Positions 16,780 to 25,365 of a DNA stretch of 64,000 nucleotides are shown piece after piece; position 1 is the first letter of the stretch, and each line of letters begins with the position of its first letter. This DNA comes from Minisyncoccia bacterium (GTDB taxonomy: Bacteria; Patescibacteriota; Minisyncoccia; Phycocordibacterales; Phycocordibacteraceae): the NCBI GenBank assembly GCA_038212075.1, contig JBBQUV010000004.1, positions 12,317 to 76,316 of the forward strand. Direction: 5' to 3'. Under the pieces are notes generated by a model. That model did no database searches. It saw only the letters and a list, made by a program, of their open reading frames with translations, and was not told where the DNA came from. Made by a program: the position numbers and the translations under genes.

Positions 16780-18459
16780 ATGTTTCGTGTCTTTTGGCGA
16801 AAGCGATATCACGATCCGGAGATTGCTCCAGATGAAATTTTTCTTGATGCCACGAACCTCCCGGATTTTGATCGCAATCAGCTTGAAGGGCGACTTGAGC
16901 GCCCTATAGCATCAAGTACCTACCGCATTCTTGGTACAGGGCTTACTTGTATGGTTCTCGTGCTTATCGCACAGGCGTGGCATCTTGAAGTCGCGCAAGG
17001 TGCAAGCTATGCGGCAAAAAGCGAACGAAATATTTTGCGTCCTGAAACGATTTTCGCAGAACGGGGCGCTATTACCGATAGAAACGGTACCGTGCTTGTC
17101 TCAAATGGAAAAACAGACACGGGATTTAATAGTCGCGTATATCCGTCGGACGCATTTTCTTCACTCCTTGGCTACGTATCGTATCCAAAAAAAGATTCTT
17201 CCGGCCATTACTACGACACCGAGATTACCGGACTTGCGGGCGTTGAAAAAACATACGATACCCAGCTTTCGGGACAGAACGGTTCGGTGCTCGTTGAAGA
17301 AGATTCGCAAGGACGCACCATTTCAGAGGGAAGTAGTATTGCACCCACGGACGGAGCAACACTCACTCTTTCTATTGATTCACGGGTACAGCTTGCGTTC
17401 TATCATGCAATTAAAAAGCTTGCGGAGCAGGTGCCGTTTTCAGGGGGCACTGGTATTTTGATGGATGTGAATACGGGGGAAGTTAACGCGCTCGTTACGT
17501 ATCCTGAATATGACCCCAATGTGCTTTCTTCGGGCACGCCTGCAGATACCATTGCATCCTATGCCACCAGTTCCCGTAAGCCGTATCTAAATAGAGCAAT
17601 ACAAGGGCTCTACGCCCCTGGGTCTATTGTGAAGCCGCCAGAGGCCGCAGGCGCCCTTACCGACCACACCATCACCCCAGACACTGTTATTGTCTCTACT
17701 GGCTCTCTATCGCTTCCAAACCCCTACGACCCGGCACACCCTTCGGTGTTCCCTGACTGGAAGGCGCATGGGCCGCTCAATTTGCGTCAAGCCATCGCAT
17801 GGTCGTCCGACGTCTATTTCTATGAAGTGGGTGGTGGGTACGGGAATCAAAAAGGTCTTGGTATTGAGCGTTTGGCATACTGGTTTCGCACCTTTGGATT
17901 TACGAGCGCAACAGGCATTCCACTTTCCGGAGAGAAAACAGGTTTTGTACCGACACCTGCTTGGAAACAAGCAACCTATGGCGACCCTTGGCGTATTGGG
18001 GATACCTACCACACGGCTATTGGACAGTATTCTATGCAGGTCACCCCAATTGAAGTTGCGCGTGCATATGCGGCAATTGCAAACGGTGGCAAGCTCATCA
18101 CCCCCGTGCTTTTAAAGGGACAGCCAACGAGTGGTGAGTCTATTGCGATTTCTCCGGACACTCTTCAAGTAGTGCGCGAAGGAATGCGGCTCGGTTCGCA
18201 AATAGGAAACTCGCGCGCGCTTGTGCCACTTGAATCGTTTGTGCGTACCGGTGCAAAAACAGGAACGGCACAAACGGGTTTACATAATGAATTCAACAAT
18301 CTCTGGGTCGCTGGATTCTTTCCGTACGAGCATCCAAAGTATGTGTTTGTTGTGGTAATGGATCACGGTTCTTCGGCAAACGAAGCAGGCGGTATTCACG
18401 TGATGAAAGAAGTGCTCCAAGAAATGCACGATACTGCACCTGATTATTTTGCTGAGTAG
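16780..18459 (+). CDS. mrdA: Penicillin-binding protein 2 (elongasome transpeptidase).
   Basis: N-terminal TM anchor, SxxK motif in YAPGSIVKP, SxN region and the KTGTAQ motif. It sits downstream of mreBCD. Confidence 0.85.
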   Translation: MFRVFWRKRYHDPEIAPDEIFLDATNLPDFDRNQLEGRLERPIASSTYRILGTGLTCMVLVLIAQAWHLEVAQGASYAAKSERNILRPETIFAERGAITDRNGTVLVSNGKTDTGFNSRVYPSDAFSSLLGYVSYPKKDSSGHYYDTEITGLAGVEKTYDTQLSGQNGSVLVEEDSQGRTISEGSSIAPTDGATLTLSIDSRVQLAFYHAIKKLAEQVPFSGGTGILMDVNTGEVNALVTYPEYDPNVLSSGTPADTIASYATSSRKPYLNRAIQGLYAPGSIVKPPEAAGALTDHTITPDTVIVSTGSLSLPNPYDPAHPSVFPDWKAHGPLNLRQAIAWSSDVYFYEVGGGYGNQKGLGIERLAYWFRTFGFTSATGIPLSGEKTGFVPTPAWKQATYGDPWRIGDTYHTAIGQYSMQVTPIEVARAYAAIANGGKLITPVLLKGQPTSGESIAISPDTLQVVREGMRLGSQIGNSRALVPLESFVRTGAKTGTAQTGLHNEFNNLWVAGFFPYEHPKYVFVVVMDHGSSANEAGGIHVMKEVLQEMHDTAPDYFAE

Positions 18460-18465
18460 GGGAGC

Positions 18466-18493
18466 TTGCGTTTCATAATCTGCCACGTACAAT
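18466..18493 (+). promoter_or_regulatory. Candidate sigma70 promoter for greA.
   Basis: TTGCGT (18466-18471), a 16-nt spacer, then TACAAT (18488-18493), about 22 nt before the greA ATG. Confidence 0.3.
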
Positions 18494-18515
18494 ACGCGCA
18501 CCATAACCATTTATC

Positions 18516-18989
18516 ATGACTGACTCGCAGGACACTGTTGTTTCCCAGGAAAAATTTGATGAGATTTCACGCGAATTAGAACATTTAAAAACCGTTCGTC
18601 GTACGGAGATTGCAAAGAACCTTGAATACGCACGTTCACTCGGTGACCTTTCCGAAAATGCGGAATATCAGGAGGCTCGTGAACTCCAGACCGCAACGGA
18701 AGAACGTATTCGCAAACTTGAAGATTTGGTGAAGCACGCAAAAATTCAAACCGACCATAAGAAAAAAGATGTTGTCGGGTTTGGTTCAAAAGTGGTGATT
18801 AAAAAATCAGGCGCAAGTGAATCCCACGAGTACACTATTGTGGGAAGCGAGGAAGCAGACATGCGCGAGCACAAACTCTCCCACGTGTCGCCACTCGGCG
18901 CCGCACTCATGGCAAAAAAGAAAGGGGAGGTGTTTACCTTTGAGACACCGAACGGAAAGCAGACTTACAGCGTTGAAAAAGTTTCGTAA
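18516..18989 (+). CDS. greA: Transcription elongation factor GreA.
   Basis: N-terminal coiled coil (EKFDEISRELEHLKTVRRTEIAKNLEYARSLGDLSENAEYQEARE) and a C-terminal FKBP-like domain. Length 157 aa. Confidence 0.9.
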   Translation: MTDSQDTVVSQEKFDEISRELEHLKTVRRTEIAKNLEYARSLGDLSENAEYQEARELQTATEERIRKLEDLVKHAKIQTDHKKKDVVGFGSKVVIKKSGASESHEYTIVGSEEADMREHKLSHVSPLGAALMAKKKGEVFTFETPNGKQTYSVEKVS

Positions 18990-19010
18990 GGAACGAGAAA
19001 ACAGGACATA

Positions 19011-19045
19011 ACATCAGCAGGCGCCCAAAAGGCGCCTGCTGATGT
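19011..19045 (+). terminator. Strong hairpin terminator after greA.
   Basis: acatcagcaggcgcc, loop caaaa, ggcgcctgctgatgt. A perfect 15-bp stem. Confidence 0.6.
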
Positions 19046-19062
19046 TATGGTAGGATGCCTCT

Positions 19063-20631
19063 ATGTTTTGGGCAGACCGCGTTGCTAAAGAGATTCAAGA
19101 TACCCGCGCACAAAGCGGGAAGAAACTGATTATCCGCGACGAAAAAACTCTCTCCGGTCGTGTGCATATTGGTGCTATGCGTGGTGTTGCTATTCATGGC
19201 ATTGTGAACGAAATCCTTACCGAATACGGCGTAGAAAACGAATACCTCTACGAACTTAATGACTTTGATCCCTTTGATACGGTGCCGGGTTATTTAGATC
19301 AAGAGACATTTAAAGAACATTTGGGTAAACCATTGTATGCAGTGCCGTCACCAGAAGCAGGATATGAAAACTACGCTGAATACTTTGGCGCTGAATTTGT
19401 AGCGGTGCACAAAAAAGCAGGGTTTATGCCGGCCTACTACCGCACCTATGCCGATCTCTACAAGGCGGGAAAGATGAACGATCTTATTCGTACGGCTCTT
19501 GAACGCGCCGCTGACATCCGCAGGATTTTAAAAGATGTTTCCGGTTCTGTAAAAGATGAGTCGTGGCTTCCTGTTTCGGTTGTGTGTGAGGAGTGCGGAA
19601 AAATGATGACCACGCGTGCGTTTGATTTTGATGGAGAAACCGTTGGCTATGCCTGCGATAAAAACCCCGATGGTGCCGTATCGTGCGGGCACACGGGACG
19701 ACTTGCTCCATGGGATGGTGCCGCAAAACTTTTTTGGAAGGCAGACTGGGCGGCAAAATGGGTGGCAAAGAAAGTAGATGTTGAAGGCGCGGGTAAAGAC
19801 CACTCCACCAAGGGTGGTGCTCGCGACGTGAGCAATCATATTGCACGGGAACTATTTGGATTTGCTTCACCGTTTGATATTCCCTACGAATTTTTCCTTG
19901 TTGGTGGTGCAAAAATGTCTTCGAGTAAAGGAAGGGGAACATCGGCAAAAGATATGGCGGAACTGTTTCCGTCGCAGATTCTGCGTCTTATTTTGATTGG
20001 TAAAGACATCAATCAGCAAATAAATGTGGATCCTTCCGGAGATTCTGTTCCTCGTATGTACGATTGGTACGATGATCTTGCCGAACAGGTACGAAATGGT
20101 GTTGAAGACGACTATGCGCGGCTATTCACGCTTGCCCAGCTTCCCGACGCTCGAGCAAATGTGACTGCGCCATGGATGATGCGATTCCGTGAAGTGGCAT
20201 TCATTGTGCAAATGCCACATCTTGATTTGACGCAGGAAGCGAAACGCGCAAAGGGAAGTGAACTTTCTCCGGAAGAAACGCGCGCGCTTGGTGAACGAGC
20301 AGAATATGCAAAATTCTGGCTTGCTACCTATGCACCGGAAGAATTTAAATACGTGCTTCAGGAAACGTTTCCAGTGGTTACGTTGTCAGACGTACAAAAG
20401 AACGCACTCTCTCTTTTGTATACGTTTATGAACGAAGCGCCACGTACGGGCGAAGAGGTGCATGCAAAATTGCACGAACTTAAAACCGTAGCCCCAATTG
20501 CACCAAAGGAATTATTTACTGCGCTCTACGGTATTTTCCTGAATCGTGAATCCGGACCAAAGGCAGGATGGTTTTTGTCGGTGCTTCCACGTGACTTTGT
20601 GCTCGCGCGCTTGAAAGAAGCTATAGGATAA
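19063..20631 (+). CDS. lysK: Lysyl-tRNA synthetase, class I (archaeal-type LysK).
   Basis: Class I HIGH-type motif in SGRVHIGAMRGVAIHG and KMSKS-type motif KMSSSKG. It has the Rossmann-fold class I architecture, not the class II LysS anticodon-binding OB fold. Confidence 0.82.
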   Translation: MFWADRVAKEIQDTRAQSGKKLIIRDEKTLSGRVHIGAMRGVAIHGIVNEILTEYGVENEYLYELNDFDPFDTVPGYLDQETFKEHLGKPLYAVPSPEAGYENYAEYFGAEFVAVHKKAGFMPAYYRTYADLYKAGKMNDLIRTALERAADIRRILKDVSGSVKDESWLPVSVVCEECGKMMTTRAFDFDGETVGYACDKNPDGAVSCGHTGRLAPWDGAAKLFWKADWAAKWVAKKVDVEGAGKDHSTKGGARDVSNHIARELFGFASPFDIPYEFFLVGGAKMSSSKGRGTSAKDMAELFPSQILRLILIGKDINQQINVDPSGDSVPRMYDWYDDLAEQVRNGVEDDYARLFTLAQLPDARANVTAPWMMRFREVAFIVQMPHLDLTQEAKRAKGSELSPEETRALGERAEYAKFWLATYAPEEFKYVLQETFPVVTLSDVQKNALSLLYTFMNEAPRTGEEVHAKLHELKTVAPIAPKELFTALYGIFLNRESGPKAGWFLSVLPRDFVLARLKEAIG

Positions 20632-20635
20632 AAGA

Positions 20636-20665
20636 AAAGAGCGGCCTTGTAGGTCGCTCTTTGTC
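20636..20665. terminator. Bidirectional hairpin terminator between lysK (+) and the convergent minus-strand ORF.
   Basis: gagcggcc (20639-20646), loop ttgta, ggtcgctc (20652-20659). It is flanked by an A-run upstream and ttt downstream. A nearly identical hairpin recurs at about 21100. Confidence 0.5.
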
Positions 20666-20688
20666 GATTGCGCCAACGCAATCGGTGG

Positions 20689-20979
20689 TTAGTCATCTCG
20701 CGTGAGCCAAAGTCGAGTATGGTGCCCTAGGGCGGCATCGTACTGCGGATTTGTGTGATAGACGCCTGCCATCGTGAGTGCTGGCGTCGTATTCGATTCA
20801 TTGGCTGTAGAGCCGTTCGTCGTCTCAGGTGTGTTACTTTCCTGATTCCTGTCTTCAATGTGCATAGCTACCTCGCATTGTGTTGACTGCTTTATAGAGG
20901 ATCTAAAAAGCCAAATCCCCGTACCGTTTCCGGTCGGGGACTTGCGCGAGGTCTCTTTCTTTTTTTTAGAACGAGACAT
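20689..20979 (-). CDS. Low-complexity hypothetical ORF (about 96 aa, MSRSKKKKETSRK...). Coding status uncertain.
   Basis: ORF on the minus strand. Its ATG lies inside copy 1 of the 94-nt repeat. The sequence is S/T/N-rich with no recognisable family. Confidence 0.3.
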   Translation of the reverse strand: MSRSKKKKETSRKSPTGNGTGIWLFRSSIKQSTQCEVAMHIEDRNQESNTPETTNGSTANESNTTPALTMAGVYHTNPQYDAALGHHTRLWLTRDD

Positions 20980-21066
20980 CAAGCAAAACCCCGACCTTTC
21001 GTAGAAGGACGAGGTGAGAACGCACGATAATTGCTTGATGAACCATACCTACGAATCTATCAGTTC
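20973..21066 (-). repeat. Copy 1 of a ~94-nt structured repeat (leader-like element) containing an 11-bp inverted repeat.
   Basis: Aligns with 21733-21826 at roughly 75% identity. Internal inverted repeat catcaagcaa (20977-20986) / ttgcttgatg (21031-21040). Inner hairpin CCUU-N6-AAGG in the minus-strand RNA. Confidence 0.6.
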
Positions 21067-21096
21067 AAAAAGTATCGTCAATCTATGGTGTGTGGA

Positions 21097-21131
21097 TGTA
21101 AAAAAGAGCGGCCTTGCGGGTCGCTCTTTTC
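21097..21131 (-). terminator. Hairpin terminator of the 21151-21609 minus-strand gene.
   Basis: agagcggcc ttgcgg gtcgctct followed, on the minus strand, by a T-run. A near-duplicate of the 20636-20665 hairpin. Confidence 0.5.
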
Positions 21132-21150
21132 ACTCTGTAAGGTTTTCACC

Positions 21151-21609
21151 TTATATGCACGCTGGATTTCGCCGTGCCCGTTGCTCAAAACCAGCGGGTA
21201 TGTCCCGACCGATTCGTGCATAGTGGGTACGCTCTAGTTCCTCCTGTAGTTCTTGTTCAGTGTGAGGAAAGACAGCAACACAGTACTGTGCCATACCTGT
21301 CCACTGCGGTTGCTGGAACATTCCTTCCTGAATTTCTTCAGGGGTGAGTTCGTAAAGAACAGAGCCTTCCGAAGCCGCATGATTGGGAACGCGATGTGCG
21401 GCGAAGAGGGCAATGCGGATACGAGTCCCTTCTTTTTCCAGCGTGGTTGGATGGATGTAGGGTTCGGTCATCGTCGCATCATCGATGAGTAACCGTTCGG
21501 TGCTACAACCGATAGTCACCAGAAAACGGCGAGCACGTTCTCCGATGTGGTCACCTTCGTACGCCACATATCGGATACGGCGCTCGTCTTTTGTCGCTAC
21601 GGGTGTCAT
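21151..21609 (-). CDS. Hypothetical protein (about 152 aa).
   Basis: The best start is the ATG at 21609 (MTPVATKDERRIRYVAYEGDHIGERARRFL...), preceded by GAGAGGT. The ORF-track version uses an upstream TTG. No family recognised. Confidence 0.45.
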   Translation of the reverse strand: MTPVATKDERRIRYVAYEGDHIGERARRFLVTIGCSTERLLIDDATMTEPYIHPTTLEKEGTRIRIALFAAHRVPNHAASEGSVLYELTPEEIQEGMFQQPQWTGMAQYCVAVFPHTEQELQEELERTHYARIGRDIPAGFEQRARRNPACI

Positions 21610-21663
21610 TTCTACCTCTCGTTGCTTGAGTGTTGGAAAGATCATTCCTGCCCCTAAAAGCAA

Positions 21664-21712
21664 GCGAGCCTCCGGACCTTTCGGTCGGAGGCTCGCTTCA
21701 TGTTTCTTTCTT
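21664..21712 (-). promoter_or_regulatory. Perfect 11-bp hairpin plus U-rich tract in the 5' leader between repeat copy 2 and the 21151-21609 ORF. Attenuator or terminator-like.
   Basis: gcgagcctccg (21664-21674), loop gacctttcggt, cggaggctcgc (21686-21696). On the minus-strand RNA it is followed by UUGCUUUUAGGGGCAGGA, then the ORF start region. Confidence 0.4.
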
Positions 21713-21732
21713 ATGCCCGCACTGGCTGGAGA

Positions 21733-21826
21733 GAGACATCAAGCGAAACGCCGACCTTCGTCAGAAGGCCGAGCCAATACGTAAACCACGTTGCTTGATG
21801 AACCATGGGTGAATCGTACCAGTTCC
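21733..21826 (-). repeat. Copy 2 of the ~94-nt structured repeat.
   Basis: Aligns to 20973-21066. Inverted repeat catcaagcg (21737-21745) / ttgcttgatg (21791-21800). Inner hairpin CCUUC-UGAC-GAAGG in the minus-strand RNA. Confidence 0.6.
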
Positions 21827-21968
21827 CCTCAGTCTGTCAAAGTCCAAACTTGTGTGGATAACCATTGGGGAAGTGGGGTAAAGTGTCATATACTTGTGTA
21901 TTAGTGGGAGGAAGTGGGAAACACAGGTATGTCCTGCGTTTCCCGGGTTCTCCTCAAAAAATCTTTTT

Positions 21969-22403
21969 ATGTTTATCGGCGAATATCGTCACACCTTTGA
22001 TCCTAAAAATCGTATTTCGCTACCAGCGAAATTTCGCAAGGAGCTTGGTCGGACGGTCGTCGTGACCCGCGGTTTTGATACGTGTCTTTTTGTGTATCCA
22101 AAAAAAGCATGGGAAAAACAAGCGGCAAAAATTGCCGCATATTCAACCGGTAACGCCGCTGGCCGCGGTATTGCGCGCCTTATGCTTGCCGGCGCAAGTG
22201 AAGCAGAAGTAGACAGTGCCGGACGTATCCTCGTTCCGGACTATTTGAAGAAATTTGCATCACTCAATGTGAAAACAGTTGTGGCTGGTGTAAACGACCG
22301 TGTGGAAGTGTGGGAAGAAGGTGCGTGGGATACGTACACCAAAACTATTGAGCGTGATGCTGACCGGTTTGCTGAAAAACTGGGTGACGCAGGCGCCTTC
22401 TAA
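21969..22403 (+). CDS. mraZ: Transcriptional regulator MraZ.
   Basis: MFIGEYRHTFDPKNRISLPAKFRKELG, plus a second half with ...DSAGRILVPDYLKKFASL (duplicated MraZ/SpoVT-AbrB-type halves). First gene of the dcw-like cluster. The ORF-track start at 21894 is an upstream in-frame extension. Confidence 0.85.
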   Translation: MFIGEYRHTFDPKNRISLPAKFRKELGRTVVVTRGFDTCLFVYPKKAWEKQAAKIAAYSTGNAAGRGIARLMLAGASEAEVDSAGRILVPDYLKKFASLNVKTVVAGVNDRVEVWEEGAWDTYTKTIERDADRFAEKLGDAGAF

Positions 22404-22406
22404 TAT

Positions 22407-23357
22407 ATGAAGTCCGGACACACAAGCGTGCTCTATGAAGAATCACTGAAAGCACTTTGCGTGCGCCCACAAGACGTAGTGCTTGATGCTACGGTGGGCG
22501 GCGCAGGACATTTTCGCGGATTGCTGTCGTCGCTTTCAAATGACGGCGTGCTCATTGGTATTGATGAAGACGCCAACGCGATTGAACGTGCGCGCGAAGT
22601 GGTGGCAGAAGACCGCCGCTCTGATAGGCCAGTGGTGCATTTGATGGAAGATAATTTTAGAAATATTGGCCACGTGCTTGAGCGCCTTGGCATTAGCCAT
22701 ATTGATAAGGCACTTTTTGATTTGGGGTGGAGCGGTTTCCAGTTGTCTGATGGCAAGGGTTTTTCATTTCAAGCCGACGAACCGCTTCTTATGACGTATG
22801 GCAATCCGGAAGTGCATGGTTCAGCGGCAGAGCTCGTGAATACCATGCCAGAAGAAGAGCTAGCAAAACTGATTTTCATTTACGGTGAAGAACGATTCGC
22901 CCGACATATTGCAAAAGCAATTTGTCGCGCACGCAGTACGGCTCGTATTCTTTCAACACAAGATTTGGTGGCGGCTATAAACGCAGGCGTGCCAGCGTGG
23001 TATCGCACCCGTCGCACGCATCCTGCAACAAAAACGTTTCAGGCGCTTCGTATTGCCGTGAATGACGAACTTGGTGCGCTTGAAGAAGGACTTCGTGGCG
23101 CTATACAGCACCTTGGTGCGGGTGGGCGCATCGCGGTTATCACCTTTCATTCTATTGAAGACAGAATAGTGAAATCTATTTTCCGCGATGCTGTCGCGGA
23201 AGGTACGGGTTCTGTGGTGAATAAAAAAGTAATTACCCCTTCCTACGAGGAATTGAAACTGAATCCGCGCGCACGCAGTGCAAAACTGCGCATCTTTGAA
23301 TCAAACGAACGAGATGAACCTGTTTCTGCACTTCCTCACGAACTGATGTATGCATAA
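22407..23357 (+). CDS. rsmH: 16S rRNA (cytosine1402-N4)-methyltransferase RsmH (MraW).
   Basis: HTSVLYEESLKAL...LDATVGGAGHFRGLLS is the SAM-binding region. Length 316 aa. Directly downstream of mraZ. Confidence 0.9.
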   Translation: MKSGHTSVLYEESLKALCVRPQDVVLDATVGGAGHFRGLLSSLSNDGVLIGIDEDANAIERAREVVAEDRRSDRPVVHLMEDNFRNIGHVLERLGISHIDKALFDLGWSGFQLSDGKGFSFQADEPLLMTYGNPEVHGSAAELVNTMPEEELAKLIFIYGEERFARHIAKAICRARSTARILSTQDLVAAINAGVPAWYRTRRTHPATKTFQALRIAVNDELGALEEGLRGAIQHLGAGGRIAVITFHSIEDRIVKSIFRDAVAEGTGSVVNKKVITPSYEELKLNPRARSAKLRIFESNERDEPVSALPHELMYA

Positions 23358-23631
23358 CCCCTTTCTTATCTATTTGAAAAGTGCGTTTGGCATTCTTGTG
23401 GTTTCCTACCTTTTGCTTGTCGTGGGCACCATCTATCTTGCAAGCTATCAGACAGAGCTTTCTGCCAAGATACGCAATACTGAGGGCACTATTGGCCAGC
23501 TTGAGGCTCGCTACTACACCGCTATTGCCGCTCTTGATGCGACCAATCCCGGGATTCTTGGGTTTAGCGCACCAAGCACCAAATTCTATGCCCGTGCCGC
23601 TCAGGCACCGGTACTTACGCGAGCAAACTAA
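23350..23631 (+). CDS. ftsL: FtsL-like small bitopic cell-division protein.
   Basis: 93 aa with one TM helix followed by a coiled coil (SAKIRNTEGTIGQLEARYYTAIAALD), located between rsmH and ftsI. Confidence 0.5.
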   Translation: MHNPFLIYLKSAFGILVVSYLLLVVGTIYLASYQTELSAKIRNTEGTIGQLEARYYTAIAALDATNPGILGFSAPSTKFYARAAQAPVLTRAN

Positions 23632-23634
23632 CAC

Positions 23635-25365
23635 ATGCGGCACGTTTTCCGTTCTCGTATCCGCCTCATCTTTATCGTCATTGTTTTGCTGATTGCGCTT
23701 CTTGCGGTGCGACTCTATTACCTGCAGGTTATGAAAAGTGCCGACTACGCGCTCCAAGCACAACACCAATACGTCAACACGAGCCAGCAACTCTATGATC
23801 GTGGTGCAATATATTTTACTCGCAAAGACGGAACGCTTATTTCCGCAGGAACGCTCGCAACCGGATTTTTAGTTGCTATTAATCCGGAAAAAATTGGCGA
23901 TCCTGAAACGGCCTACGGGATATTGAGTGAGCATCTCACCCTTGCTCACGACGCTTTCATACAGCATGCAGAAAAACAAAATGATCCATACGAAGTAATT
24001 GCTGACCATGTTCCGGAAGAACAAGGCAATGCGCTCCAAGCACAGCATATTTCCGGTGTATCAGTGATTCGCGAACGATGGCGACTCTATCCGGCCGGCG
24101 AAAGTGCCGCACAGAGTGTTGGATTTGTTGCGTACAACGATGACAACAGTATCGCTGGCAGGTTTGGTCTTGAGCGATATTACGAAAGTACACTGGCGCG
24201 CGACGGGAACGGTCTTTTTGGAAATTTCTTTGCACAACTCTTTGCGGACATTGGAAATAGCTTGGTTGACGTTCGTGCGGCACGCGAAGGCGACGTGATT
24301 ACCTCTATTGAACCGGTGGTGCAAGAAAAACTTGATGAAACGCTTTCGGCAATAAACGCGAAATATCACAGCCAAGAAACCGGTGGGATTATTATGGATC
24401 CGAAAACTGGCGCCATCGTTGCGCTCCAAACCGTGCCAACGTTTGACCCTAATGACTTTAGTCAAACGAATCCCGCCTATTTTGCAAACCATCTTGTTGA
24501 ACGACGCTACGAGTTCGGTTCTATTATGAAGTCACTCACGGTTGCTTCCGGTCTTGACGCTGGCGTTATCACGCCAACAAGCACCTATAACGACACGGGC
24601 TGTATCGTTGTTGATACAAAACGCATTTGTAACCACGATCTTATTCCACACGGCACGACCTCTGTTCAGCAACTTATTTCACAGTCGCTAAACGTGGGTG
24701 CTTCGTGGATTGCCACCCGCCTTGGTCACGATCGCATGAAAAAGTATTTTACGAGTCTTGGCATGGACACAGAAACGGGTGTTGACCTACCAAGTGAAAT
24801 TAAAGGAACACTCGCAAATCTCACCACGCGCGATGTGGATTACGATACTGCATCGTTTGGGCAGGGTATTGCGCTTACGCCGGTGGAAATGATTCGCGCG
24901 CTCGGTGCGCTCGCCAATGACGGCTCCATCGTGACACCACACCTTGCAACCGGTATCCGTCTTTCTTCCGGCATTACTCGCACTCTTTCATGGGGCGAAC
25001 CGGAGCGGGTGTTTACATCGCAAAGCGTCGTAGGAACGACAAACATTCTGGTAACCGCAATTGATACCGCATTGCTATCCGGAAAGGCAAAGACACCGGA
25101 AATGAGTGTGGCGGCAAAAACCGGCACGGCACAAATTGCGTCACCGCTTGGTGGGTACTACCCAGACCGTTATTTCCACTCGTTTTTCGGCTATTTTCCA
25201 GCGCACGACCCGAAATTCATCATCCTTTTATATACACGCGAACCACAGAATGTGCAGTATGCCTCGGAGACCCTTACTGGTTCCTTTGTTGACCTTGTGC
25301 ACTTTTTGACCAATTATTACTCAATTCCCCCTGACAGGGCCACCTACCATGATACAAACAACTAA
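23635..25365 (+). CDS. ftsI: Peptidoglycan D,D-transpeptidase FtsI (PBP3-type class B PBP).
   Basis: N-terminal TM helix, dimerisation domain, SxxK in GSIMKSLT, and the KTGTAQ motif. In the dcw position. Confidence 0.85.
   Translation: MRHVFRSRIRLIFIVIVLLIALLAVRLYYLQVMKSADYALQAQHQYVNTSQQLYDRGAIYFTRKDGTLISAGTLATGFLVAINPEKIGDPETAYGILSEHLTLAHDAFIQHAEKQNDPYEVIADHVPEEQGNALQAQHISGVSVIRERWRLYPAGESAAQSVGFVAYNDDNSIAGRFGLERYYESTLARDGNGLFGNFFAQLFADIGNSLVDVRAAREGDVITSIEPVVQEKLDETLSAINAKYHSQETGGIIMDPKTGAIVALQTVPTFDPNDFSQTNPAYFANHLVERRYEFGSIMKSLTVASGLDAGVITPTSTYNDTGCIVVDTKRICNHDLIPHGTTSVQQLISQSLNVGASWIATRLGHDRMKKYFTSLGMDTETGVDLPSEIKGTLANLTTRDVDYDTASFGQGIALTPVEMIRALGALANDGSIVTPHLATGIRLSSGITRTLSWGEPERVFTSQSVVGTTNILVTAIDTALLSGKAKTPEMSVAAKTGTAQIASPLGGYYPDRYFHSFFGYFPAHDPKFIILLYTREPQNVQYASETLTGSFVDLVHFLTNYYSIPPDRATYHDTNN

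Noticed and set aside
21640-21720. On the minus strand the segment reads GAAAGGUCCGGAGGCUCGC...UAGGGGCAGG. This superficially resembles the RNase P RNA conserved core (GGAAAGUCCGGGCUCC...AUAGGGCAGG).
   Set aside because: The GAAAGGU lies in the loop of a simple local 11-bp hairpin, not in a P4 pseudoknot context. None of the other universal RNase P elements (GGUGAAA, ACAGAAACCCGGCUUA-type 3' region) are present within 400 nt. The AGGGGCAGGAAUG is better explained as the RBS and start of the downstream ORF.
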